A program made the translations under genes and the position numbers. The notes below the pieces were generated by a model. The model did no database searches. It was not told the origin of the DNA and saw nothing but the letters and a program-made list of their open reading frames with translations. From NCBI GenBank assembly GCA_021805985.1, contig JAJZDN010000011.1, positions 19,151 to 83,150 of the forward strand: 64,000 nt of DNA, in the 5' to 3' direction. The DNA comes from Planctomycetota bacterium. GTDB taxonomy: Bacteria; Planctomycetota; Phycisphaerae; WQYP01. This document shows, piece by piece, positions 51,950 through 63,254 of the stretch (positions are counted from its first letter, which is position 1; every line of letters begins with the position of its first letter).

Positions 51950-52099
51950 TTGCGGCGGTGAATCTGTGGAATCTTGAAAATCTGTGGATGTTTACTGTTG
52001 ATGGATGCGCGGTTTAGTGTTGGCCAGCAGTGGGCGACGGCTTCGGGGTAGGCGAGGCATTCTTGTTCGGAGACGCGGCAGGCCAATATTTCCGCGGTA
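51950..52099 (-). pseudogene. Degenerate duplicate of the purN 3' end and its downstream flank
   Basis: Translates TAEILACRVSEQECLAYPEAVAHC versus purN TAEILAHRVFEQECIAYPEAIARC. The downstream AATCTGTGGA..GAAAATCTGTGGATGTTTAC is shared with 53271-53418. Confidence 0.88.
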
Positions 52100-52133
52100 G
52101 GGGATTTTGTAATTTAATTTAGTTATTTAAGGC

Positions 52134-52162
52134 TTGCATATACGTATCCCATGGGATACAAT
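52134..52162 (+). promoter_or_regulatory. TA promoter with operator palindrome
   Basis: TTGCAT-N17-TACAAT enclosing the perfect 16-bp palindrome GTATCCCATGGGATAC (52144-52159). Confidence 0.75.
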
Positions 52163-52167
52163 GGGGA

Positions 52168-52458
52168 GTGCCGGAGATACGCCAGACCGAGCAATATGAG
52201 CAATGGTTCGACGGCCTGCGTGACCGGCAGGCGAAGGCGCGCATCGACGTTCGTATCCGGCGGTTGTCGTTGGGTAATCCGAGCGATGCAAGGTCGGTTG
52301 GCCAGGGCGTATCGGAATTGCGGATTGAATACGGCCCCGGATACCGGGTGTACTTTACGCGGCGCGGCGAATGGGTCGTAATCCTACTTGTCGGCGGCGA
52401 TAAACGCACACAAGGGCGGGACATTAAGACGGCGATTGAACTGGCCCGCAATCTGTAG
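52168..52458 (+). CDS. Type II TA toxin, RelE/HigB-like (addiction module killer protein)
   Basis: WFDGLRDRQAKARI..RIRRLSLGN, VSELRIEYGPGYRVYF, LLVGGDKRTQ.RDI. Confidence 0.92.
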   Translation: MPEIRQTEQYEQWFDGLRDRQAKARIDVRIRRLSLGNPSDARSVGQGVSELRIEYGPGYRVYFTRRGEWVVILLVGGDKRTQGRDIKTAIELARNL

Positions 52459-52467
52459 GAGATTACC

Positions 52468-52749
52468 ATGGCAAAAACTAAAACCCGTCGCTGGGACGCG
52501 GCCGATCATCTTAAAACCAACGCTGATATGACCGCTTATCTGGAAGCGGCGCTGCAGGATGGCGACGCGACCGTCATTACCGCGGCGCTGGGCGATATTG
52601 CCCGCGCTAAGGGTATGACGCGCATTGCACGCAGCGCGGGCTTGGGGCGGGAGAGTTTATACAAGGCGCTTTCACCGGACGGGCGACCGGAATTCGCAAC
52701 GGTATTGAAGGTGGTTCGGGCGTTAGGACTAACGCTCCACGCGGCATAG
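52468..52749 (+). CDS. Type II TA antitoxin, HTH (addiction module antidote protein)
   Basis: YLEAALQDGD...AALGDIARAKGMT.IARSAGLGRESLYKALSPDGRPEFATV. Confidence 0.92.
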   Translation: MAKTKTRRWDAADHLKTNADMTAYLEAALQDGDATVITAALGDIARAKGMTRIARSAGLGRESLYKALSPDGRPEFATVLKVVRALGLTLHAA

Positions 52750-52829
52750 GGCTTAATCTTCAGCCAACCCATGCGGCCTTAACGCCTTGGGGTCGGCCAC
52801 GCCGATCAGGCCGTGTTTGGTGCGGCACA

Positions 52830-52913
52830 CATCTGTATTGGCCGGCCCTTGATGTGGATTTGTCGCTGGATCAAATTCAGCACCCGGAACAATTTCCACT
52901 GATTGCGAAGTAG
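52830..52913 (+). pseudogene. DUF2442-like C-terminal remnant
   Basis: Manual translation HLYWPALDVDLSLDQIQHPEQFPLIAK*, matching the DUF2442 C-terminal pattern as recalled. No start or N-terminus. Confidence 0.55.
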
Positions 52914-53086
52914 ATTGCCAAAAGACCGCGGATCACGCGGATAAACGCCGGGCTTCACAAAAGCCCCAAATCTGGAATTTGAAATCACACAGTTCGCGAT
53001 ATTTAAGGCGTGAGAATGGAACGTAAATAGTGGACCGCAGGCCGGCGTTCTTGTCTGGGCGACAGCCACCCTTTTGCGCCAGCCGA

Positions 53087-53183
53087 ATTTGCTCTACTGC
53101 TCAACTCTCTCGTGTCACCTGCTCTAATCGGGCCGCAGCCCGATTCGCTCTACTGTTCAACTCTCTAAATCCTCTGCTGCTCT
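53087..53183. repeat. Inverted copy of the repeat family found after tRNA-Arg
   Basis: The reverse complement contains AGAGCAG..ATTTAGAGAGTT...AGAGCAAAT and GAATCGGGCTG...CCCGATTAG, as at 48250-48290 and 48380-48402. Confidence 0.75.
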
Positions 53184-53331
53184 GTCGGCGGTTCTCTCCC
53201 GTTGCTATCGTAAATAAAATAATCGCCGTGGGCTTTTTAGCGGCGGGAAGCTACGGTGTGCTGCGCGATCTTGCGGCGAATCTGTGGAATTCCGAAAATC
53301 TGTGGATGTTTACCGCCAACGGCTACGCCCT

Positions 53332-53934
53332 TCACTGGTGGGCTATGCAGCGGGCGATTGCTTCGGGATAGGCGATGCATTCTTGTTCAAACACGCGATG
53401 GGCCAGTATTTCTGCGGTGTCACCGGGTAGAACGGGGCAGGTGCGTTGAAGAAGAATTGGGCCGTGGTCGTACTGATTATCGGCGTAATGCACAGTGCAG
53501 CCGGAGATGGTTTCGCCGGCGTCAATGACCGCCTGATGCACCTTTAGGCCGTGCATGCCGCGGCCGCCGTATTTCGGCAACAGGGCGGGGTGGATATTCA
53601 GGACGCGGTTTTCAAATGTCGGCGGAATGGGCAGCAGCGATAAAAAGCCGGCCATGATGACTAAATCCACCTGGTGTTTGCCAATCGCTGTGAAGACCGC
53701 ATCGGAAAATGCGAAGGCGTCGGTAAAACTGCGGCGCGAAATGACTTCATGCGGCAAGCCCAGTTTTTCGGCCCGGACCAGGCCGTAGACCTCGGGCCGG
53801 CTGGAAATCACACAGGCAATAGAAGCGGATAATTTCCCATCCGCAATTGAACTAGCCAGATTTTCCAACGTGGTACCGGAACCTGAAATCAGAATTGCCA
53901 ATCGCCTGGCAGGTGGTGTGTGTTGTTGCTTCAT
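53332..53934 (-). CDS. purN: Phosphoribosylglycinamide formyltransferase
   Basis: ILISGSGTTL, VIMAGFL, LNIHPALLP, SGCTVH, YDHGPILLQ. Confidence 0.97.
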   Translation of the reverse strand: MKQQHTPPARRLAILISGSGTTLENLASSIADGKLSASIACVISSRPEVYGLVRAEKLGLPHEVISRRSFTDAFAFSDAVFTAIGKHQVDLVIMAGFLSLLPIPPTFENRVLNIHPALLPKYGGRGMHGLKVHQAVIDAGETISGCTVHYADNQYDHGPILLQRTCPVLPGDTAEILAHRVFEQECIAYPEAIARCIAHQ

Positions 53935-55217
53935 GTTGCCGTGTTCGCGTCCTGTTTAATGTTTACTTCGCTGGCCGCAGCCCCCAAGCCTTTTGCCCGG
54001 CGTGCCATTACGGCCATCACGCCGCCGCCGATGGTCAAAATAACAAACATGGTGATGGCTTTGGGCGTGACCGAATCTGGTGATCCCGAGATCGCCGCCA
54101 CGCCCGGCCCCAGCACCGTACCGATGCCGATCAGGCTTTCGTGAATTCCTGCGTTGGCACCTGATCCCTGGCTAAGGTGCATGGCATAATAAAGCGATCC
54201 GGAGTAAAGCATGGCAACCGCAACGCCAAAAATCGCTTCAGATAATATCAGCATAAATACCGATTGACTTAACAGCAGGGCCACTGTTCCCAGCATCAAT
54301 GCCGCAAAAGAAATCATCATCCAGTGCACCCGATAATGCCAGCCCGTCCAGAAGCTGGTAAGTAAAAAACCGCCGATGCGGGTTAAGGCCCACACCGACG
54401 CCAAGGCCGTGGCCAAGGCATAGGATTTTATTCCCAGGGCGATGGTAATGGTGGGCAAGACGGCCACAACCGTATTGGCCGCCACATAAGAAAGCATGTT
54501 GGAAAGCCACGCCATGTGCAACAATGTTTTGGATTTTGGCGAAGCGAGAATCGCCTGGCTGCGGGCCAGTTCTTCCGGGGAATCTTCAACATGGCCGGCA
54601 TGAATTTGCGATTGCGGAACAGAAAACAGAGCAATAATGATCCAGACCATCAGGCTGATAATCGCGGCGATAATAAAAACCGCGGCCCAGGAAAGCCACA
54701 AGGCCAGCGAACCCACGATGGCGCCGGCGATAAAGCCGGTGGTGGACCAGTTGATATTATAGATTGTGATGCGTTTGGTTAAACGTAATTTTCCTGATAC
54801 ACACGTCAGGGCAGATTCAACGGCGGGCCACAGCGGGGCGGTGAAAAAATTGAGCATCAGCAGAAAAATAAACACGCCCCCCAAGCTGCGCTGCACCACC
54901 GCCAATGTTCCAAACGCACATACGGGAATACATATCAACGCCATGTAACTTCCCAGACGGCGTTGCCCCAGCCGATCCACCATGCGGCCGCCGTAAAATG
55001 CTCCTATCGTATAGACCAGTCCCCCGGCGGCAACCATACCGAGTTGCACTTCCGCCGGTTGATGCAATTCATACGCGGCAAAGAAAAAAACCGCATTGGA
55101 AGTTAAGGATGTCATAAACGACGCCAGCCAATGGGCGATGTACCACGGCAGCAGCGGCGAGCGCCAATACATCGCTCTGGGACGGGTGGACGTTGATGAA
55201 ACTGGAATCTGGCTCAC
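53931..55217 (-). CDS. MFS transporter
   Basis: About 12 TM segments, GRMVDRLGQRR motif A. Confidence 0.85.
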   Translation of the reverse strand: MSQIPVSSTSTRPRAMYWRSPLLPWYIAHWLASFMTSLTSNAVFFFAAYELHQPAEVQLGMVAAGGLVYTIGAFYGGRMVDRLGQRRLGSYMALICIPVCAFGTLAVVQRSLGGVFIFLLMLNFFTAPLWPAVESALTCVSGKLRLTKRITIYNINWSTTGFIAGAIVGSLALWLSWAAVFIIAAIISLMVWIIIALFSVPQSQIHAGHVEDSPEELARSQAILASPKSKTLLHMAWLSNMLSYVAANTVVAVLPTITIALGIKSYALATALASVWALTRIGGFLLTSFWTGWHYRVHWMMISFAALMLGTVALLLSQSVFMLILSEAIFGVAVAMLYSGSLYYAMHLSQGSGANAGIHESLIGIGTVLGPGVAAISGSPDSVTPKAITMFVILTIGGGVMAVMARRAKGLGAAASEVNIKQDANTAT

Positions 55218-56533
55218 GGAAAAATACCCCGCTGCTTATAAGCGCGTGTCACATGTTCCACCGCTACACAAAAAGCTGCCGTGGAAAGGTCTGTATCATA
55301 TTGATGCGCGGCCAGGCGCACCCGCCGTGCCGCCAGAACAATGGTTTGTTGCAGTTCACGGTCCACCCGGCTGAGGTCCCAATGCACGCCGGCCTTGTTC
55401 TGCACCCATTCCAGGTAACTCACCGTTACCCCGCCGGCATTGCACAATATTGCCGGCAACAGCGCAATGCCGCGCTGCCGCAGAACTTGCGCCCCCGCGG
55501 GCGTCACCGGGCCATTACCCCCTTCGGCCAGCACCCGGGCGTTGAGCCACTGGGCTTCGGGTGCATCAATCATGCGTTCCAGCGCCGCGGGGATAAACAC
55601 ATCCACTTCCGTGCGGTAAAACGCTTCCCGATCAATAATCTCCACGCCTGAAGCGGTGAAGCCCGCCAAGCCTCCGGTCTGTTGCACGTGCTGTTGTAAC
55701 TCCGTTATCGGCAGGCCTTGGATATTGCGCAGTGCACACGTATGATCCATCACTGAAATCAGCTTGGCACCATGTACGCCAAGCGCTTGCGCGGTGTTAC
55801 TGCCGACATTGCCAAAGCCCAGAATGCCCAGCCGCAGGCCAGCCGGTTTCAGGCGAAATTCCGGCAGCAATTCCAGCAGCACATAACAAAGTCCCTGCCC
55901 GGTGGCCTTTTCGCGCCCTTCACTGCCGCCGCAGCCGACGGATTTCCCGGTTACCACATTGAGCATCCCCTGCTGGCGGCCTTCCTGATGGGTGTTGAGA
56001 TACGTATCCATCATCCAGTCCATAATCTGGGCATTGGTTCCCACATCGGGAGCAGGGATATCAATTTCCGGGCCGATGTTCCCGCCCAGTGCGGAAGTAA
56101 ACCGACGGGTCATGCGCATGAGTTCACTTGGTGAAAGTTGTCGAGGGTCCACTTTAATTCCCCCCTTGGCCCCGCCGAAAGGCAGCCGCATGACCGCACA
56201 CTTCATGGTCATCCAGACCGACAATGCCTTGACATCATCAAGACTCACATCCGGATGGTAACGTATGCCGCCCTTATACGGCCCCAAGATATTGTTATGC
56301 TGAATTCGGTAGCCCTTGAACAGGCGATAACGCCCGTCATCCATCATCACCGGGAAATGAACCATCAATTCATTTTTCGGTTGCGATACGATAGCTTTTA
56401 CAAAATCAGGGGCTTGAATAACTCCGCAGGCATCGTTAACCGACTCCACGGCCATGGCAAAAAGCGAATCCGGATCTGTCGGCTCCAATGCTTGCGCATG
56501 TGGCAGTGGCGTTGAAATGTTCTGCATAGGCAT
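55214..56533 (-). CDS. gdhA: Glutamate dehydrogenase (Glu/Leu/Phe/Val family)
   Basis: GYRIQHNN.LGPYKGGIRY, MTMKCA..LPFGGAKGG, DIPAPDVGT, VTGK, ATGQG, GFGNVG, ILCNAGGVTVSYLEWVQN. Confidence 0.93.
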   Translation of the reverse strand: MPMQNISTPLPHAQALEPTDPDSLFAMAVESVNDACGVIQAPDFVKAIVSQPKNELMVHFPVMMDDGRYRLFKGYRIQHNNILGPYKGGIRYHPDVSLDDVKALSVWMTMKCAVMRLPFGGAKGGIKVDPRQLSPSELMRMTRRFTSALGGNIGPEIDIPAPDVGTNAQIMDWMMDTYLNTHQEGRQQGMLNVVTGKSVGCGGSEGREKATGQGLCYVLLELLPEFRLKPAGLRLGILGFGNVGSNTAQALGVHGAKLISVMDHTCALRNIQGLPITELQQHVQQTGGLAGFTASGVEIIDREAFYRTEVDVFIPAALERMIDAPEAQWLNARVLAEGGNGPVTPAGAQVLRQRGIALLPAILCNAGGVTVSYLEWVQNKAGVHWDLSRVDRELQQTIVLAARRVRLAAHQYDTDLSTAAFCVAVEHVTRAYKQRGIFP

Positions 56534-56607
56534 AACTTATCTCCGTCGGGCAAAGGCGCCTTGAATCAGCGACGCAACATCATACCCGTGAAGGGTCCGC
56601 TGTGGCT

Positions 56608-56886
56608 AGGAGCCTGTCCGAGTAATGGCCGGGATTGCGATGGGTCTGAAATGTCCCGTATGCGCGGCGGAGGATCGAGCCGACTCTTAATGATGAGTCT
56701 GCGAGATACGACAACAAAGCAGGCGGGGCATTTCAGGCCCACCCGCAGGGCGGCGTGCTTTTTGGCTCCCCTCTGCGGCGCGGCTCCTCGGAGTACCATC
56801 CGTGTCAGGTACGCCATCGTCGCCGCTGCTTGATGGGAGCCAAAAATCACGCCGTCGCAACCCGGCGATTACCCGGACAGGCTCCT
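56608..56886. mobile_element. MITE, copy 2 (inverted relative to copy 1), 279 bp
   Basis: TIRs AGGAGCCTGTCCGAGTAAT / ATTACCCGGACAGGCTCCT. Internal sequence is the near-identical reverse complement of 30588-30867. Confidence 0.9.
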
Positions 56887-56914
56887 GGGACGGGGGCGGG
56901 CGGGGGAGGAAATG

Positions 56915-57132
56915 AGGAGTTGGGAGTTAGAAGTTAGAATTCTTTGGAAGCGCTGGCGCTGCTGAATGCGACATGCGGGAGTCCGCAGGTTTTTCAGCCG
57001 AACAAAATAGCAGCGCCAGCGCTTCCGAAACATTCTAACTGCCAACTCCTCGCTTCTAACTTCTTCCCCGGTCCCCTGTTCCAGATTCCAGGTTCCAGGT
57101 TCTAGATTCCAAGTCCCAAGTCCCAAGTCCCC
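56915..57132. repeat. Heptamer-tailed element, copy E4
   Basis: ~31-bp inverted arms GTTAGAAT..TT.GGAAGCGCTGGCGCTGCT / AGCAGCGCCAGCGCTTCCGAAACATTCTAAC, followed by TTCCAGA/TTCCAGG/TCCCAAG heptamers. Confidence 0.88.
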
Positions 57133-57221
57133 GTCGGAGCCGATCGTTATTCTGCCTTTTTGACAACTGGAGGATTAAAACGCTCAGGTTGCCCCTGCCA
57201 GCGCGGCAGAAAAGTGGTGGA

Positions 57222-57324
57222 AATGTCCCAGGACATTCAGCGAAGAAAAATGCATAAGTTATTGTAAAAAATGGGTTTATGTATTTATGAGCAAGCCAGA
57301 TACAGTGCTGGCATAGAAGTTGCA
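57222..57324 (+). promoter_or_regulatory. Putative sigma54 promoter with upstream palindrome and IHF-like site
   Basis: -24/-12 box TGGCATAGAAGTTGCA (57309-57324, exact GG-N10-GC spacing). AATGTCC-CA-GGACATT palindrome at 57222-57237. TAAGTTATTGTAA at 57255-57267. Confidence 0.65.
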
Positions 57325-57327
57325 TAG

Positions 57328-59166
<1,839 letters not shown>

Positions 59167-59257
59167 TCCGGGTGTGTGGCTCGGATGCGAAACGTTCTGG
59201 AATAAAGCGGTGTAACGCCGCGTAAGATAGACAACAACCTAACAGGAGAAAAAGAAT

Positions 59258-59548
59258 ATGAAGCTTAGTCCCTTAGATGATCGGCTTGTCATTAAACCTG
59301 CTGCGGCGGAAACCAAAACAGCCACCGGCATTGTCTTGCCCGAGACGGCTAAAGAAAAGCCCACGCGCGGTAAGGTTCTTCATACCGGACCGGGGCGCAT
59401 GCTGGACAGCGGCGTGCGGGCAGCGATGTGTGTCAAAGTTGGCGATGAAGTTTACTACGGCAAGTACGCCGGAACGGAAATCAAAATCAATGACGAGGCG
59501 TTCGTGATTGTTCGCGAAAGCGACCTGTTGGGCGTTGTTGAGAAATAA
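59258..59548 (+). CDS. groES: Co-chaperonin GroES
   Basis: PLDDRLVIK, TATGIVLPETAKEKP, VKVGDEV.YGKYAGTE. Confidence 0.98.
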   Translation: MKLSPLDDRLVIKPAAAETKTATGIVLPETAKEKPTRGKVLHTGPGRMLDSGVRAAMCVKVGDEVYYGKYAGTEIKINDEAFVIVRESDLLGVVEK

Positions 59549-59643
59549 TGTAACAGGTGGGCATCAGGCTGGGCCACAATCCTACAGCTCGGCGGATGCA
59601 GGCGTTGAATATACAGAAGTAAAATTTACTAGAGGTGCATACC

Positions 59644-61257
59644 ATGGCAGCTAAACAATTAATGTTCGATCAGGCGGCGCGTCAAAAAGTTCAAGAAGGT
59701 CTTTCCAAACTCGCCCGTGCAGTGAAAGTCACGCTGGGGCCTTCCGGCCGCAATGTAGTGATTTCCAAAAGCTGGGGCTCGCCCCAGGTAACACGTGATG
59801 GTGTCACAGTGGCCAAGGAAGTTGAACTCCCGGAACCCTTTGAAAACATGGGTGCCAAGCTGGTCAACGAAGTGGCCAACAAGACCAACGATATTGCCGG
59901 TGACGGCACCACCACTGCCACCGTACTGGCCGAAGCCATTTACTCCGCTGGCCTGCGGCATGTCACCACGGGTATGAACCCTGTGGTCGTCAAGCGCGGG
60001 ATTGATAAAGCCGTGGAAGCCGCTACGGAAGCCATTAAAGCCTCTGCTCGCAAGGTCAGCGGCAAGGACGATCTGCGTAAGGTTGCGACCATCTCGGCCA
60101 ATTCGGACGTGGCGATCGGCAATCTGATTGCCGATGCCCTGGATCGTGTGGGTAAAGATGGCGTGGTAACCATTGAAGAAGGCAAAAGCACGGAAACCAC
60201 CATGGATGTGGTGGAAGGCATGGCCTTTGATAAAGGTTATTTATCCCCATATTTCATGACCAATCCCGGCACGCTGGAATGTGTTCTGGAAGATGCCTAC
60301 ATTGTGCTGTTTGAAAAGAAAATCAGCACCATCAGCGAAATTCTTCCGCTGTTAAACAAAATTGTCACCGCGGCCAAGCCTCTGCTGATTATCGCAGAAG
60401 ATGTGGAAGCCGAGGCCTTGGCCACGCTGGTGGTCAATCGTCTGCGAAGCATCCTGCAGGTTTGTGCGGTTAAAGCGCCGGGCTTCGGGGATCGCCGCAA
60501 GGCCATTATGGGTGATCTGGCGGTTGTGACCGGCGGTAAATTTATCAGCGAAGATCTGGGTGCCAAACTCGATTCGCTGGAATTATCCGATCTGGGCCGC
60601 GCCAAACGCGTCGTGATTGATAAAGACAACACGACGATTATCGAAGGTGCGGGCAAGAAAAAAGATATTGAATCGCGGGTGGCGCAAATCCGGCTGCAAG
60701 TCGAAAAGACCACCAGCGATTATGACCGTGAAAAACTCCAGGAACGTCTGGCGAAGCTCACCGGCGGCGTGGCGGTGCTACGTGTCGGCGGAGCTACGGA
60801 AACGGCCATGAAGGAATGCAAATTCCGCGTGGAAGACGCTCTTCATGCCACCCGTGCAGCTGCCGAAGAAGGCATTGTAGCCGGCGGCGGTGTAGCGTTT
60901 CTGCGGGCCATGTCCGCCGTGGAAGCCGCTAAGTCCAAAGCCCGTGGTGATGAAAAAGTCGGCTTTGATATTATCCTCTCCGCGTTGCGGGCACCGACGA
61001 TTCAGATCTGCGAGAACGCGGGCGAGGACGGCACGGTGGTGGTAGACGGCATTCTTGAAAAAGAAGGTTCCTACGGCTACAACGCCGCTTCGGGTGAATA
61101 TGGTGACATGTTCAAACTCGGCATTGTTGATCCGGCCAAGGTGGCACGCACCGCCTTACAAAATGCCGCATCGGTTGCCGGGCTTTTGCTGACCACAGAT
61201 GTGCTGGTCACGGAAGTTAAGGATGAAAAGGAAACCATCGCCGGAGCAGTGCGATAA
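59644..61257 (+). CDS. groEL: Chaperonin GroEL, copy 2 (no GGM tail)
   Basis: [40 protein letters not shown]. Ends [10 protein letters not shown]. Confidence 0.98.
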   Translation: MAAKQLMFDQAARQKVQEGLSKLARAVKVTLGPSGRNVVISKSWGSPQVTRDGVTVAKEVELPEPFENMGAKLVNEVANKTNDIAGDGTTTATVLAEAIYSAGLRHVTTGMNPVVVKRGIDKAVEAATEAIKASARKVSGKDDLRKVATISANSDVAIGNLIADALDRVGKDGVVTIEEGKSTETTMDVVEGMAFDKGYLSPYFMTNPGTLECVLEDAYIVLFEKKISTISEILPLLNKIVTAAKPLLIIAEDVEAEALATLVVNRLRSILQVCAVKAPGFGDRRKAIMGDLAVVTGGKFISEDLGAKLDSLELSDLGRAKRVVIDKDNTTIIEGAGKKKDIESRVAQIRLQVEKTTSDYDREKLQERLAKLTGGVAVLRVGGATETAMKECKFRVEDALHATRAAAEEGIVAGGGVAFLRAMSAVEAAKSKARGDEKVGFDIILSALRAPTIQICENAGEDGTVVVDGILEKEGSYGYNAASGEYGDMFKLGIVDPAKVARTALQNAASVAGLLLTTDVLVTEVKDEKETIAGAVR

Positions 61258-61319
61258 GCTTTCCTTTGCGTGGTGCGCCGCGGCAAGAGCGGTATAATCA
61301 CCTAGCCTGAAAATCTCGG

Positions 61320-61348
61320 AGCCCAGAGATCGCAATGGTCTCTGGGCT
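61320..61348 (+). terminator. Strong hairpin between groEL2 and dnaJ (terminator/attenuator or processing site)
   Basis: 12-bp stem AGCCCAGAGATC-GCAAT-GGTCTCTGGGCT followed by TCAGTTT. Confidence 0.55.
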
Positions 61349-61381
61349 TCAGTTTGTAAAGCCCGGAGCGAAATCCATACA

Positions 61382-62539
61382 ATGGCCACAAAACGTGATT
61401 ACTATGAGATTCTGGAACTGCAGCGCACAGCTTCCGGCGAGGAAGTCAAGAAAGCCTACCGTAAGGCCGCTTTGAAATTTCATCCGGATAAAAATCCGGG
61501 AGATAAAGAAGCGGAAGTCCGCTTCAAGGAATGTTCCGAAGCCTACGAAGTGCTATCCGATTCTGAAAAACGCTCACGTTATGATCAGTACGGCCATGAT
61601 GGTCTGCGCGGCTCGGCGGTGCATGATTATCAGAACATGCAGTATGACGATATTTTCTCCATGTTCAACGATATATTCAGCGGCGCGGGCGGCGGAAGAG
61701 CCTCGCAGGCCCGGCGGCCCAATCGGGGCTTCGATCTTGAAACACTGACGGAAATCACCCTTCAGGATGTCGCCCGCGGGTGTGAACGTGAAGTGGAATT
61801 CACCCGGCAGGATTTGTGCAAAACTTGTGAGGGTACCGGTGCCAAGGCGGGGACAAAGCGTAAAATCTGTTCCACCTGCGGCGGCCGTGGGCAAGTGGTG
61901 CAGCGTGGCTTTGGTGGCATGTTTCAAATGGTGGGTACCTGCCCGGCCTGTATGGGGCAAGGTTCCACGGTGGATAAGCCCTGCCCGGATTGTGACGGCA
62001 GCGGCCGATCTCCGTTGAATCGGAAAATCGTGGTAAAAATTCCCGCCGGCATACATGATGGCCAGGCCGTGCGCGTGCGGGGTGAAGGTGAACCCGGCGA
62101 AGGCGGAAACAATCGCGGTGATCTGCACGTGTATGTGAAGGTCAAGGAGCATCCATTTTTCCAACGGCAGGATGATCACCTGCTAATGGAAGTGCCCATC
62201 AGCATGGCGCAGGCTGCTCTGGGGGCGGATGTGGAAATTCCCACACTTTTTGGAAAATCCTCGCTGCATGTGGCACCCGGTACCCAACCGGGGCAGGTGC
62301 TGAAGGTCAAGGGCCTGGGCCTGCCGGATTTGCGCGGCGGTCGCACCGGCGATCTCATTGCGGCGATTACCCTGGAAGTTCCGCGAAAATTAAATAAAAA
62401 GCAGGAGCAGTTGCTGCGCGAATTTGCCGCCACGGAGGAACGTGATGTCCTGCCCGCGCAGACGAGTTTTTTTGACAAACTAAAAGATTATCTGGTAGGT
62501 ACACAGGAACCCAGCGAGGCTCCAACCGAAAAAAAATAA
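61382..62539 (+). CDS. dnaJ: Chaperone DnaJ
   Basis: J domain with HPD, four CxxCxGxG repeats, [16 protein letters not shown]. Confidence 0.98.
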   Translation: MATKRDYYEILELQRTASGEEVKKAYRKAALKFHPDKNPGDKEAEVRFKECSEAYEVLSDSEKRSRYDQYGHDGLRGSAVHDYQNMQYDDIFSMFNDIFSGAGGGRASQARRPNRGFDLETLTEITLQDVARGCEREVEFTRQDLCKTCEGTGAKAGTKRKICSTCGGRGQVVQRGFGGMFQMVGTCPACMGQGSTVDKPCPDCDGSGRSPLNRKIVVKIPAGIHDGQAVRVRGEGEPGEGGNNRGDLHVYVKVKEHPFFQRQDDHLLMEVPISMAQAALGADVEIPTLFGKSSLHVAPGTQPGQVLKVKGLGLPDLRGGRTGDLIAAITLEVPRKLNKKQEQLLREFAATEERDVLPAQTSFFDKLKDYLVGTQEPSEAPTEKK

Positions 62540-62582
62540 TTCCTGATGAACATCGGCACGTATATAATTCAGAGGTGAATAC

Positions 62583-63137
62583 ATGGTCAATAAACGTCAA
62601 CATCCCGAATCAGACCCGACCGATGAATCCTCGTCGGCCAATCCAGAGCAGCCATCCACCACCGAAGAGGAATCGCGCCAGAACGATGCGCTGACCAGCG
62701 CGATCGCCGAAGCCAACGATTTACGTGAACGACTTTTGCGGTGGCAGGCGGATTTTGACAATCTGCGCAGGCGCAGCAGTGGCGAAATTCTTGAAACCCG
62801 CCGCAATGCGGAAGGGGGCTTTGCCAAAGATCTCCTGGATGTGCTGGATCATTTTGAAACCGCGCTGGCGGTTGACCCCGCCAAAACGGATGCGGCCACA
62901 CTGTTGCAGGGCGTTCGGATCACCTACGACGAATTGAAAAAAGTGCTCCAACGTCGCGGCATTGAAAGTTTTGACCCCACCGGGCAGGCCTTTGATCCCA
63001 ATCTGCATGAGGCCATCGCACGGGAAGTCAACGCAGAGGTCGAACCGATGGCCATCGTGCAGTGCTTCCAGCGCGGCTACATGATGGGCGACAAAATTCT
63101 GCGGCCTGCAAAAGTAAAAGTCAGCACGAAGGATTAA
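62583..63137 (+). CDS. grpE: Nucleotide exchange factor GrpE
   Basis: LRWQADFDNLRRR, LLDVLDHFE, FDPNLHEAI, QRGY..GDKILRPAKVKV. Confidence 0.97.
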   Translation: MVNKRQHPESDPTDESSSANPEQPSTTEEESRQNDALTSAIAEANDLRERLLRWQADFDNLRRRSSGEILETRRNAEGGFAKDLLDVLDHFETALAVDPAKTDAATLLQGVRITYDELKKVLQRRGIESFDPTGQAFDPNLHEAIAREVNAEVEPMAIVQCFQRGYMMGDKILRPAKVKVSTKD

Positions 63138-63254
63138 CGTTTCCGTAACGGAAGTTTCCGGCGCAGCAATGTCCTACGCGGGGGCCTGTGCCGCCATTGG
63201 TGAACCGTTGGGTAAATGCTTCGCAACTGCCTTGGAATTCATGGAGACAAAACA

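Noticed and set aside
48021-53330. Classical tRNA-integrated prophage/ICE with attL/attR
   Set aside because: No second copy of the tRNA-Arg 3' end and no integrase or phage genes were found in the window.
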